From NCBI RefSeq assembly GCF_001194135.2, contig NC_069004.1:29766370-29830369 (forward strand): a stretch of DNA of 64,000 nucleotides, given 5' to 3'. Below, piece by piece: positions 48,324-59,587 of the stretch; positions within the stretch are counted from its first letter, which is position 1, and the number at the start of each line of letters is the position of its first letter. The position numbers were made by a program, and so were the translations under genes. The notes under the pieces were generated by a model. It did no database searches and was not told where the DNA came from. It saw only the letters and a list, made by a program, of their open reading frames with translations. The DNA comes from Octopus bimaculoides. Taxonomy: Eukaryota.

Positions 48324-48960
48324 CTGACGCATGCGCAGTGTTCTACAGTTATGAAATACGTAACTTATAAAAATGAAATGTCGTGAACGAAGAATTTGAG
48401 CAATGATGAAGCAAATATCGTTAGATCTAAACTTGTAACTGTGTGGTAAAGAATCTGCTCCCCAACTACACGGTTCTGGGTTCAGTTCCTCTGTGTAACA
48501 CCTTGAGCAGGTGTCTTCTACTAAGCCTCGGGATGTAAACAAATCAACTGGTGTTGGTTTATTTAGGTTCCTCGTAACTTAGCAGTTCGGCAAAAGTGAC
48601 CGATTTTGAGTAAGTACCAGATTTCCAAAGTAAATTTAAAAAAAAAGAAAGTCCTGGGGTCGATTTGTTCGATTAAAATCTTTCAAAGTGGTGCCCCAGC
48701 ATGGCCACAGTCCGATGATTGATACAAAAGATAAACGATGGAACATAGACACGGACGAGAGCGTCTTAACTGAAACTTTCACCAAACGTTGGTTTCTAAT
48801 GACGCTTTGATCGCAGCAACGAAAGTGAGCGGATATCCGGTAGTCGCTGACGCATGCGCAGTACTCTATAGTTACGAAATTCAAACTTTTTTAAAATGTC
48901 GTAAAACGATAAACACTTTATTTACAATGAAGGAACAAATATTGTTCGGTCTTTAACAGG
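48324..48960. promoter_or_regulatory. Candidate CEP295 promoter with duplicated CTGACGCATGCGCAGT (NRF1-like) modules
   Basis: The identical 16-mer at 48324-48339 and 48847-48862 heads an imperfect ~110-bp direct repeat. CpG-enriched and upstream of the first CEP295 exons. Confidence 0.5.
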
Positions 48961-51101
48961 ACATATTTTAACCAACGAATTTAGGACTGGACTAGGACGT
49001 CTTAACTAAGACATCGGGTCCGGATAATATGTCGGTGTCTTTAATTGCTTTGTCAGGCACAAGACTAGATTTTATCTTAACAACATCATGTCTGGACCAG
49101 TCTGTTTAGGTCACCAAGCCATTTGTTGATGTCTCTAAGTAAAATTAACACGTTATTATTTAGTTGTAAAGGACACATTATTAAACCTATATTTTCCTGC
49201 TGTTGTGGTCTTAACTCAAACGGCTTTTGTTTGAATTATGAAAAGAAAGTTTTGGAAAATTAAAAAGAAGCACAAAGTTTGTTATTTTCTGGGTTTTTAC
49301 AGACCAAATGTTCGTTCTTGTCTAAAGTTAATGAAATAACCAGAAACAAGTAAGTACAGACATTTGTCTTCGATATTTATTTTACTATTTACGTATTATT
49401 TTCGTGTGTGGACATTGTAGCTTGGGCGGTCGAACAGTTGTTTCATTCTTCTAATTTATAATTATTGTAATTGTTGCTGTTGTTGTTATATGCTGGACAA
49501 AATACTTAACAGTATTTTCGTCTGTCTTTATGTTCTGAGTTCGAATATTGCCGAGGTCGATTTTGCCTTCTGGGGGTCGATAAAATAAATATCATTTTTA
49601 ACACTGGGATCGATGTAATCGACTTAATTCCATCCCTAAAATTGCTGACCTTGTGCTAAAATTTGAAACCATTATTATTGTTGTTGTTATGAATGTTTGG
49701 CTCCGTATAGGTGTTCAAATCCCGCCGAGGTCAGTTTTTTGTATTTCGTCCTTTCAGGGTCGATAAAATAAAGTATCGGGGATCGATTTAATCAGCCAAC
49801 GGATTCCTGGTTCTTTGATACAAACTTTCTTGTCTTAAAGGGATCTAAATTAGAAAACTTTCCATCAAAGTTTCATATTAATTAATGTCCCCAACACCAG
49901 TTTAATTAATTATGATAAAGTTATTTTACTATATTCTTCATTATTTTCTAAATTAACAGAAATATGGTAACAAAAGAGTTAAATTTTCTATCGATAATGC
50001 TTGCAATATGGCCGGACGTCGGACTTAAGAAGCACCAACAAGTTGGAATTTCTCCGTTTTGATGGGTGCCCCTGGAAATGCCCTGGACTATCTCCCATGT
50101 CCCTAAAACATCATTTTGCTTAGTGCCTACAAAATCGACCTAAATCGTTCGTGAGAGGGGAAGATGGGTGCGGGAGTAAAAAAAACATTTTTCGCTTTTT
50201 TTTTTTTTTTTTTTTTTTTTTNNNNNNNNNNNNNNNNNNNNNNNNNNNNNNNNNNNNNNNNNNNNNNNNNNNNNNNNNNNNNNNNNNNNNNNNNNNNNNN
50301 NNNNNNNNNNNNNNNNNNNNNNNNNNNNNNNNNNNNNNNNNNNNNNNNNNNNNNNNNNNNNNNNNNNNNNNNNNNNNNNNNNNNNNNNNNNNNNNNNNNN
50401 NNNNNNNNNNNNNNNNNNNNNNNNNNNNNNNNNNNNNNNNNNNNNNNNNNNNNNNNNNNNNNNNNNNNNNNNNNNNNNNNNNNNNNNNNNNNNNNNNNNN
50501 NNNNNNNNNNNNNNNNNNNNNNNNNNNNNNNNNNNNNNNNNNNNNNNNNNNNNNNNNNNNNNNNNNNNNNNNNNNNNNNNNNNNNNNNNNNNNNNNNNNN
50601 NNNNNNNNNNNNNNNNNNNNNNNNNNNNNNNNNNNNNNNNNNNNNNNNNNNNNNNNNNNNNNNNNNNNNNNNNNNNNNNNNNNNNNNNNNNNNNNNNNNN
50701 NNNNNNNNNNNNNNNNNNNNNNNNNNNNNNNNNNNNNNNNNNNNNNNNNNNNNNNNNNNNNNNNNNNNNNNNNNNNNNNNNNNNNNNNNNNNNNNNNNNN
50801 NNNNNNNNNNNNNNNNNNNNNNNNNNNNNNNNNNNNNNNNNNNNNNNNNNNNNNNNNNNNNNNNNNNNNNNNNNNNNNNNNNNNNNNNNNNNNNNNNNNN
50901 NNNNNNNNNNNNNNNNNNNNNNNNNNNNNNNNNNNNNNNNNNNNNNNNNNNNNNNNNNNNNNNNNNNNNTCTCCCCCTCGCAAAGATAAGGACACAGGAA
51001 ATGTGTCAAGGCCAACAGGAAGCGGTCCAGCTTCCTAGGGCTAAATAGCAATAGTATATTCCCTTATTGGGACTGTCACCTTAAGTTGGCAGTATACAAC
51101 T

Positions 51102-51136
<35 letters not shown>

Positions 51137-51802
51137 GGGGTTCAGTCATTTGACTGAGCATCGCCTTTAGTTGAACAAAGAGAAGTTGTCGACCACCAGG
51201 TATTAAGATCTGAAAAGATGCTGTAAAGCTATGTGGTTTATGGACATGAAACCCTAGGTAACAACCCCAGTCATAACTATCTTTATCTAAATATATATGT
51301 ATATATAAAACGTAAAGGAATAGGGATTTGGAATCTGGACAGGTACTTTATTAGCATTCTGATACAATCCAGATCTGACTAACCACATCAAATGGTGGGG
51401 GTACATATAAAATTGCCAACGCTGATCGTGTAGAGATAAGCTTAATGAATGCTATAATAGTACTGCTAATACAACAGACCAGTACTGATTAGTGTCTAGA
51501 ATACAAAACAATTATAACAAAATCTGTTCTGGCTGGAATTTCTATAGAAAACTGGAGAGATTACCTTAACAAATGATGTAGTGGCACTGCTAACACAATA
51601 GATCATGATATTCACTTAGAAAGGCGTTTAATATACTTTGTAGTATATTATGATTGCATAACGAAATACCATGTCCCTACGCGTCATTTAGATATTCTAA
51701 TGTGAATATACTATGCCTGAAAACAAAGAAAAATAGTTTGGAGGGTCATGGGTAGAATGCCTTAATGATGACAGCTAAAGTTATATAATTTTATGTTTCC
51801 AG

Positions 51803-51900
51803 TGATTAAATTGGACATTTCTTATCAACTGACTGCAGATGAGACGGAAAAAATTACCAGAGAAGAACGAGAGAGACGAAGAAAGATTCGATTCCAGCAG
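51803..51900 (+). CDS. CEP295: CEP295 first clearly coding exon (IKLDISYQLTADETEKITREERERRRKIRFQQ)
   Basis: Matches human CEP295 N-terminus LSPNEEAFILKEDYERRRKLRLLQ. Donor CAG/GTAAGG. The 5' boundary is uncertain: acceptor tatgtttccag, or an in-exon ATG at 51793. Confidence 0.88.
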
Positions 51901-52287
51901 GTAAGGAAAACATTCATTGTGTGGAAAATTACTATTTGTAAATCTCAGAACGTTAGATATTCAACAACAGTACTTTGGAGTAAAGATTGTTTGCCAACAT
52001 AACATGGTAGTCCTGGTTTAGGACGAATATTGCTGTCACCCTGTCTTCACAGATAATTTTTTGAGCTGAGTGGGGGTGCTAGATTCCCTTGTTCGAAAAT
52101 ATAAGGACATAAATCGTGTCGTATAGCCAGCTGGAGATGATGTCTCCTGGGGCTAAATTACAGCAACATTCATCCTAAACCAGGACTACCATGTTATGAT
52201 GGCAAATAATCTTTGCTCCATTCATTGTATGGTGAAGAAGTTTGTTTTGCGGCCATGTAGTATGGGGTTTGTTCTCACTGAACTCAG

Positions 52288-53080
52288 GTACTGAGTTTTC
52301 GGGCTATATTTGACAGGTTGCATAAAAAGGGAAAACACAAATCCTCCAAAAATAAAAGTATTTTAAAAGCTCAAAAAATATCAACTGGATTATGGCTGAG
52401 AGATCACAGTTTGCTCAAAAATTGCCACCCTCAGCTTTCATAACAGCCTCAGGACAGTTCCATAATGTGGTGCATGCATTCCTCACTGTCTCCGTGGGAA
52501 TATCTTTGAGCACCTCCTTGATCTTGGTGTTGCAGACAGTGGCTGGTGTTTTTTTGTTTGTTTTTTTATCTGTGCCCCTACACGTAGTAGTTCATGCGAT
52601 TGCAGTTTGGGGAATTGGGAGACGAGAAATTGGGGTTGGTGGAAGTTGTGGAAATTCTCCAACAACAACTACTTCTGACTCTTTCCAGAAGTATGGCAAG
52701 GAGCTGAATCCTTCTGCCACACATAGGACATATGCCAATCCTTCTGCCACACATATGACATATGCCAATCCTTCTGCCACACATATGACATATGCCAATC
52801 CTTCTGCCACACATATGACATATGCCAATCTTCTGCCACACTTATGACATATGCCAATCCTTCTGCCACACTTATGTCATATGCCAATCCTTATGCCACA
52901 CATATGACATATGCCAATCCTTCTGCCACACATATGACTTTCCAGCAGCAACCCTCTACAACAAGGGTTTGACCACACTCTCCAATAGCTTCACATAACC
53001 ATCTGAATTGAACCTGAGATCCTTTTTGAGGATGTGGAATGGCATGACCACATCCTCACTGCAGACACCCAAAGACCATC
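52288..53080 (-). mobile_element. Decayed Tc1/mariner (DD37D, maT-like) transposase remnant in a CEP295 intron
   Basis: Minus-strand translation YVWQKDSAPCHTSGKSQK*LLENF...PNSPNCNRMNYYV*G gives 37 residues between the second and third catalytic positions after one frameshift. Also DGYVKLLESVVKP upstream and IKEVLKDIPTETVRNAC downstream. Confidence 0.8.
52707..52938. repeat. 30-bp minisatellite, about 7.7 copies (aatccttctgccacacatatgacatatgcc)
   Basis: Directly visible. Explains the NPSATHMTYA-type repeat ORFs. Confidence 0.95.
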
Positions 53081-53139
53081 TTTTTTTTGTTTTTCTTTTT
53101 CTTGAAATTTTAAAATGGATGTGAATTGTTGAATTTTAG

Positions 53140-53235
53140 GTTCGTGAAATTTCCAAAACCAATGCAGCAAAAGTGAGAAAAGATGTTACCAAAACTAAAG
53201 TCAAAGAACTGAATAAATTAATCAATACCATTAAT
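53140..53235 (+). CDS. CEP295: CEP295 exon (VREISKTNAAKVRKDVTKTKVKELNKLINTIN)
   Basis: Continues the human ...LQ/VREQERDIALQIREDIKQRR motif. 96 nt, phase 0/0. Confidence 0.87.
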
Positions 53236-54206
53236 GTAAGCTATTTTCTTCATCTTCATCAGTGGTTCTCAACCATTTTTTTGTTTTTTACCTATGGATG
53301 CCTTTCGTCGTATTTTATTTTACTGGATCTCCAAAGCCATTTGATGTTTTAAAAAATCCTATTGTATTTTTATAATTAAAATATTAGGATCTCATCATCA
53401 TTGTATTTTAACGTCCACTTCCCATGCTGGCATGGATTGGACAGTTTGACTGGGGTCTGGCAAGCTAGAAGGCTGCACCAGACTCCAATCCAATCTGGCA
53501 ATGTTTTTACAGCTGGATGCCCTTCCTAACGCCAACCACTCCAAGAGTGTAGTGGGTGCTTTTTACGTGCCACCGGCACAAGAGCCAGTCGGGTGGTACT
53601 GGCATCAGCCACGATCGAATGGTGCTTCTTGCATGCCACCAGCACGGGGGCCAGTCAGGTGGCACTGGCAACGACCACGGGACCAGTCAGCCAGCACTGG
53701 CATCAATTACTAAAATATAAGCATATAATTGTTAAATATAATGTTTATTCTTCAAGCGAGTTCGTTGCCAGTGCTGCTGGACTGGCTCCTGTGCAGGTGG
53801 CACATAAAATACACCATTTCAAGTGTGGCCGTTGCCAGTACCTTCTGACTGGCCTTCGTGCCGGTGGCACATAAAAGCACCCACTACACTATCAGAGTGG
53901 TTGGTGTTAGGAAGGGCATCCAGCTATAGAAACTCTGTTAAATTGTCCAACCCGTGCTAGCATGGAAGGCGGACGTTAAACGATGATGATGATGTTTTAA
54001 ATTAATCTGAGTTTATCCCATATCTTCAAGATTTTGTTGTTGCATTTTAATTTGAGAATGACATTGTAGGGTAGGTGTGAGATGCCTGATCTAGCTGGCT
54101 CAGACATAAAACATGTAGAATTAAACTGGATATGACCAGTTTAAATGCTAAAAGATTAATTTTCCACAACCTGTTCATCTCTTTTTATTATTATTGTGTT
54201 TTCAAG

Positions 54207-54311
54207 GAGGATTTAAACAAAGAAAAGGCTGAGAAGATAGCAGAACTAACAGAATGTTACATGCAAAGCATTAGCAGCATTGGTCATGCCCAATGGTTGG
54301 CGGCCCAAAAT
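54207..54311 (+). CDS. CEP295: CEP295 exon (EDLNKEKAEKIAELTECYMQSISSIGHAQWLAAQN)
   Basis: Aligns to human EWEESQTQKIQNLEKLYLASLRSMGEGHRQAKEN. 105 nt, donor GTAAGT. Confidence 0.88.
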
Positions 54312-55010
54312 GTAAGTTCATTTTTCTCCATTTAAATTGATTCCTTCGTTTATCATTTTTTTTTTTATTATACCCCCCCCACCTCTTCCCTATTGACGAA
54401 ACATTGTATTAAAATCCAACAAAATCCATGGCAAATCTTCATTTCACAAATCTCAATAACCTCTCATGGTGACCCAGTTTTTTTTAAATCCATTTTCCAG
54501 TGCTTGAGGGTGGGGTGTCAGAGATTCAACGAGATTCATAGGGGGAGATTTTCTGTGGCCAGTTACTCTTCCTGTTACCATTCCTCTTTTGTTTTCAAGC
54601 ATGGGGCTTGTCTTTTTTCCCCCTTGTCTTTCAAACATAGACAGCACATTGGCCTGACATGTTTCCATAGAAGATTGCAAATAAACTATACATCTTATAT
54701 GTATGTATGTATGCATGTGTTTGTGTGTGTTATCTGGGTTTCATACATTCCCAGAGAACTGACTTTGCTGTAAAACACACACAAATACATACATATCATC
54801 ATCATCGTTTAACGCCTGCTTTCCATGCTAGCATGGGTTGGACGATTTGACAGAGGACTGGTGAACCAGATGGCTACACCAGGCTCCAATCTGATTTGGC
54901 AGAGTTTCTACAGCTGGATGGCCTTCTTAACGCCAACCACTTCGAGAACACACACACATGCCTACATAAATAGATATGTATATATACACACACATACATA
55001 AATATATTAT

Positions 55011-55041
<31 letters not shown>

Positions 55042-55247
55042 CACACACATGTAAGCAATAGAAAGGGCACCTGGCCATAGAAAATATTCCTCGATAAAAT
55101 TGTCTGGCCCAGGCAAGTTCAGGAAAGTGGGCATTAAATTATGATACATATATACACACATATATACACGTATACAAATATACTAATACACCCAAACATC
55201 TGTATTTCTGTACATCATTAATTATTTTTGTCAATGATCTCTTCTAG

Positions 55248-55387
55248 GACGATCCCGAAATTGCAAAACGGCGCATGATGAAACGTTATAAGAAGAACAT
55301 TAAACTCCGCCAGAATGTGGCTCTGTCGAAGCTACACGACGACAAGGTCACAAAATACGTGCGAGAAAACAAACACATCATTTCTAG
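55248..55387 (+). CDS. CEP295: CEP295 exon (DDPEIAKRRMMKRYKKNIKLRQNVALSKLHDDKVTKYVRENKHIIS)
   Basis: 140 nt, phase 0 to 2. Position corresponds to human EPDLDAL...RHKEALK...KQKTWHIKA. Confidence 0.85.
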
Positions 55388-56616
55388 GTAAAGGGCTTTG
55401 CTGTCTGAATAACTATTGTGCTTGTAACATTTTATTTTGATGTCATGAGTGTTGTCCCATCAATTTCGTTTGTTGTGTAGGTAACTTATCTGATGGAGAT
55501 GTAGGCTGGCAGGTAAATAGTATTTAACCACTGACTCAAGTATCTCTACTGTCTATCTTTCGTTTACTGCGTGCTTGAATAATTGCAGATAGACAGGTAG
55601 TCAAAATAGTTTTTTAAACACTTCTGGCTTACTCTTTTACTTGTTTCAGTCATTTGACTGCGGCCATACTGGAGCACTGCTTTTAGTCAAGCAAATCAAT
55701 CCCAGGACTTATTCTATCGGTCTCTCTTTTGCCGAACCGTTAAGTTACGGGGACGTAAACACACCAGCATCGGTTGTCAAGCGATGTTGTGGGGACAAAC
55801 ATATACACGCAAACATATACACACACATACATATATACGACGGGCTTCTTTCAGTTTCCGTCTACCAAATCCACTCACAAGGCTTTGGTTGGCCCGAGGC
55901 TATTGTAGAAGACACTTGACCAAGGTGCCACGCAGTGGGACTGAACCCAGAACCATCTGGTTGGTAAGCAAGCTACCCATAAACACATGTACGACAGGCT
56001 ATTTCCAGTTTCTGTCCACTTCAATCTTTTCTGGGTGTTGTCACAGATTTGGAAATTTTAAAATCAAGTGAAAATTTTCAAAATTTGGTAAATCGATGTG
56101 ATTTTACATGCTAAATCCAAATTTGGGATCTGTTTGTTCCCAGAAAAATTTAGGAAAATGTAACAGAGATTCAGAGATTGATAATTTTTAGTCCAACCAG
56201 AATCAGAAGCGAATCATTTTCTGCGTGACAGATATCTGTCACAAAATGATAGACAGAAATAACAAACACACAAAATGATATTGCAAGTCAAAACTTGTGG
56301 TTGCAGTGGTGAAAGTGTCACAATCTTGCGAGTACACACTCCTTGTTACAATGGAAACAGGGCACACTACATCCTTTGCTTGTTCCTATGGAAACAGACA
56401 CCAATCTGTGCTTTAAGGTCATGTGCATAATGCTGACTTTCGATTGGTTAAAATCTCCCAAAATTTGCAAACTTTGAAAGCTGTTAACTTTTTATCAATC
56501 CATGGTGAAAATGAATTTCATTTCGTAGTTGTTATACGGAATAAATCGGTATAACCAAATTTGTAAACAATTGGAACAAAATTGAAAACAAATGAAATCT
56601 CAATTAGATTTGTCTA

Positions 56617-56765
56617 TTATTTACATTACTTACATTTGACGGATATTTGTCCTCATCTTGTTTGTTGTTAACACGTTNNNNNNNNNNCCCCCAGCCTTCA
56701 TCAGGTGTCATTCATTTAATAATAATAATATCGAAAAATACCATAGGAATGAGAATCGAGGTTTG
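56617..56765. mobile_element. SINE family E partial inverted pair
   Basis: Minus tail with hammerhead spanning a 10-N gap, followed by a plus-strand taataatatcgaaaaatacc.taggaatgagaa segment. Confidence 0.7.
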
Positions 56766-57246
56766 AAGTATAACTAAAAGTATAGGGGAAAAACTTACAT
56801 TCAGGTTACACTGCGGCACATATAGCATCGTCTCGTGGCACACCAGTGTGCCGTAGCATACTGGTTGTGGGGGTTCTGGTTTATATGGAAGGCAATAATA
56901 CGTTGACTTAAAGGAAACCACATATCTTTCTCTTAATTCAAACAAAGAACCTACCTGAGCCCTCTCGCTTGTCTGTTCAACTTGTCCAACCCATGCCAGC
57001 ATGGAAAAATGATGATTTTAATAATGATGAATTCACTGCTTTTTTTGTGTGTGTGTGTGTGTGTGTTTTTCTGTCTGTTTTGTCTTCTTTTTTTTATAGT
57101 TATCCAAGAGAGGAGAGACAGTACACCTGAGATGGTTCCATGCCCTTAGAATTCTGGCAGCTTGCCACTTTTTAGGAAACCAAGAGAATAATTCTTGTTT
57201 CCAATTACCATTCCATTTTCACAACTGATGTTTTTCTTCTCCTCAG

Positions 57247-57341
57247 GAAAGCAGCTTTGGAAACGGAGAAGGCACGAGCTCTGAAGATAGCATCATTGCC
57301 TCCACCAGAGAAAAATATTTTTGAAGAAGTTAAGCAATTGA
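57247..57341 (+). CDS. CEP295: CEP295 exon (RKAALETEKARALKIASLPPPEKNIFEEVKQL)
   Basis: Strong match to human RKEALLVEKERSAKITSLPPPPPTLFE. Phase 2 to 1, donor GTAAGT. Confidence 0.92.
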
Positions 57342-58381
57342 GTAAGTAAANNNNNNNNNNTGCAATTTCTTAGACATTTTTTTTTTTACACAAGTAGAAT
57401 TCCCTGAATGACTGAAGATCAGGAAAAGAAGTGGTGAGATGCTGTGAAATGGTAACAATGAAAGACTGATAAACATATATCTTTTGTCTTTTGCTTGCTT
57501 CAATCATTGGACTGTGGCCATGTTGGAGCACTGCCTTGAAGAATTTTTTAGTCGAATGAATCAACACCAGGACTTATTTTTCCCCTTTTTAAAGCCTGGT
57601 ACTTATTCTGTTGATCATTTTTGCCAAACTGCTAAGTTACAGGGAGATAAACATACCAATACCAGTTGTCAAGCAGTGGTGGGAGACAAACACAGACACA
57701 AAGACACACACACACATGCACACAATGGGTTTCTTTCTGCTTCCGTGTACCAAATCCACTCAGAAGGCTTAGGTTGACCTGAGGCTATAATAGAAGACAT
57801 TTGTCCAAGGTGCTATGTAGTGGGACTGAACCCGGAACCATGTGGTTGGGAAGCAAGTTTTATACCACACAGCCATGAAACAATTATTGATACTTGTGTG
57901 AGTGTGAGGCAGGTACCTAGTGGTGTTGATGGCAAGTCAATCCAGCACAACCCCACGATTTGAATAGTGCTGATGACCCCCAAGGGGAAGGACTTAAGAC
58001 TGGATAGTAGTCAGTTGATCTGGTAGGCAATGCCTTAAATCAGTAAGGGAGGAGCTGGTTTGCAGTAAATCTGTCCAAGAGAAAGGCCCTCAAATACTGC
58101 ACATTTTCCCTTGATAACCCCTGAAACCTACAGGTGCCTTGAGTATGCAGAGCTTTTAATTCGAAGCAGTTGCACAAACAAACAGCTTACAACTTTTTGT
58201 GTGTGTCTTTGTATGGCTGTGTTTATGTGTGTGTGTCTCTGTATGGTTATGTCTGCCTTTGTACGTATGCTTATGTCTGGTCACGTATGTGTGTGTGTGT
58301 GAATGTTTTGTGCTGTTTGTGCACTTTTAATTTTCCTTCGTTTGATATTGATTGGCGTAATATCTTCACGTTCCGCTTCAG

Positions 58382-58473
58382 TGGTTCCTGCAAGGAAGAA
58401 CAAGTCCATTGCTCCGCATTCCCGAATTTCTTATCCATCTCCTCCGCTTGTGGAAAAACATGACAAGAATTCG
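58382..58473 (+). CDS. CEP295: CEP295 exon (MVPARKNKSIAPHSRISYPSPPLVEKHDKNS)
   Basis: 92 nt, phase 1 to 0, bridges the flanking exons in frame. Acceptor ttccgcttcag, donor GTAAGG. Weak sequence similarity. Confidence 0.72.
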
Positions 58474-58809
58474 GTAAGGAAATCATTATTATTCACCCAT
58501 GCTTTTCCCCTTTTAATAATATTATGTGAATGCATGCGTCTCCTTGTGTTGACAACACATCATCATCATTCTACATCCATTTTCCATGCTGGCAAGGGTT
58601 GGACGGTTTTGCAAGAGCTGACAAGGCCAAGAGTCACACTAGGTTCCATTATCTGTTTTGGCATGGTTTCTGCAGCTCAATGCCCTTTCTAACGCCAACC
58701 ACTTCACAGAGTGTACTGGGTGCTTTTTAGATGGCACCATAACCAGTGACAATTGTACTTCCATCAAACATTACCACATGGCAAAGTATATTCTTAGTAT
58801 CCCCTCATA

Positions 58810-59111
58810 TACATTATTTACATTTGATGGATATTTGTCCTCATCTTGTTTGTTAACAACAACGTTCTGGTTGATATACCCTTCAGCTGTCTTGGGGAAA
58901 TTTATGTTGTTATTATTATTATTATTATTATTATTGTTCAGGTCACTGCTTGGAATCAAACTCGGAATCTTGGGGTTAGTATCCCATGCTCTGAACCACT
59001 GCGCCATATGCCTGTGGGCATATGGTGTAGTGGTTAACAAACAAGATGAGGACAAATATCCGTCAAATGTAAATGTACATAATTCCTCATCTCTTAAATA
59101 TAGAACTGTAT
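58810..59111. mobile_element. SINE family E head-to-head pair, both internally deleted
   Basis: Minus copy ends in a tRNA head at about 59011. The plus copy starts at 59018 and jumps from gtggttaa to caaacaagatgagg. Confidence 0.78.
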
Positions 59112-59443
59112 CCCTTCATATGATTGGTAACAATATAGTAATTACTGTCTTGAGTCCAAGGGATCATGGGGGCCAGTTACCCAGTTTCTATAAGTGACAG
59201 ATCACCAGGGTTCCCCCTTAATGGGTCACCAGTCTGTCATGGGGACTCGATTACATAGGAGTAGACTAGGGCAATGTGAAATGAAGTGTTTTCTCAAGAA
59301 CACAACACACTGCCCAGACCAGGAATCGAAACCACAATCATGAGATCATGATTGTAACACACTTATTACTAGACCATGCATGCCTCCATAGATATTGTAG
59401 CACCTGCATAAAGTAAATGAAACCCCAACTCTCTTTATTTCAG

Positions 59444-59587
59444 GTGGAAGACGGCTACCTTGCTGCTCAAGCTCAAGATTTACTTCTCCAAGAACAAGAA
59501 CGACAAATAAAGCAGACTTCAGAGAAACAAGAACATATTCAGAAAGAACGTTACCGAAAAGCCTTACAAATAGAATTACTCAATAGG
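59444..59587 (+). CDS. CEP295: CEP295 exon (VEDGYLAAQAQDLLLQEQERQIKQTSEKQEHIQKERYRKALQIELLNR); gene continues downstream
   Basis: Resembles human DARLAAEEEAKRLEELQKQAAQERMERFEKAHVRGFQAMKKIHL. 144 nt, donor GTAAGT. No further exon recognised before 64000; a gap lies at about 61803-62259. Confidence 0.87.

Noticed and set aside
52392-52887. Repeat-protein ORFs (NPSATHMTYA)n and reverse frames
   Set aside because: Products of the 30-bp minisatellite inside a dead transposase within an intron.
52707-52938. CRISPR-like regular repeats (also 60830-60960)
   Set aside because: Units are contiguous with no unique spacers, the context is eukaryotic and there are no cas genes.
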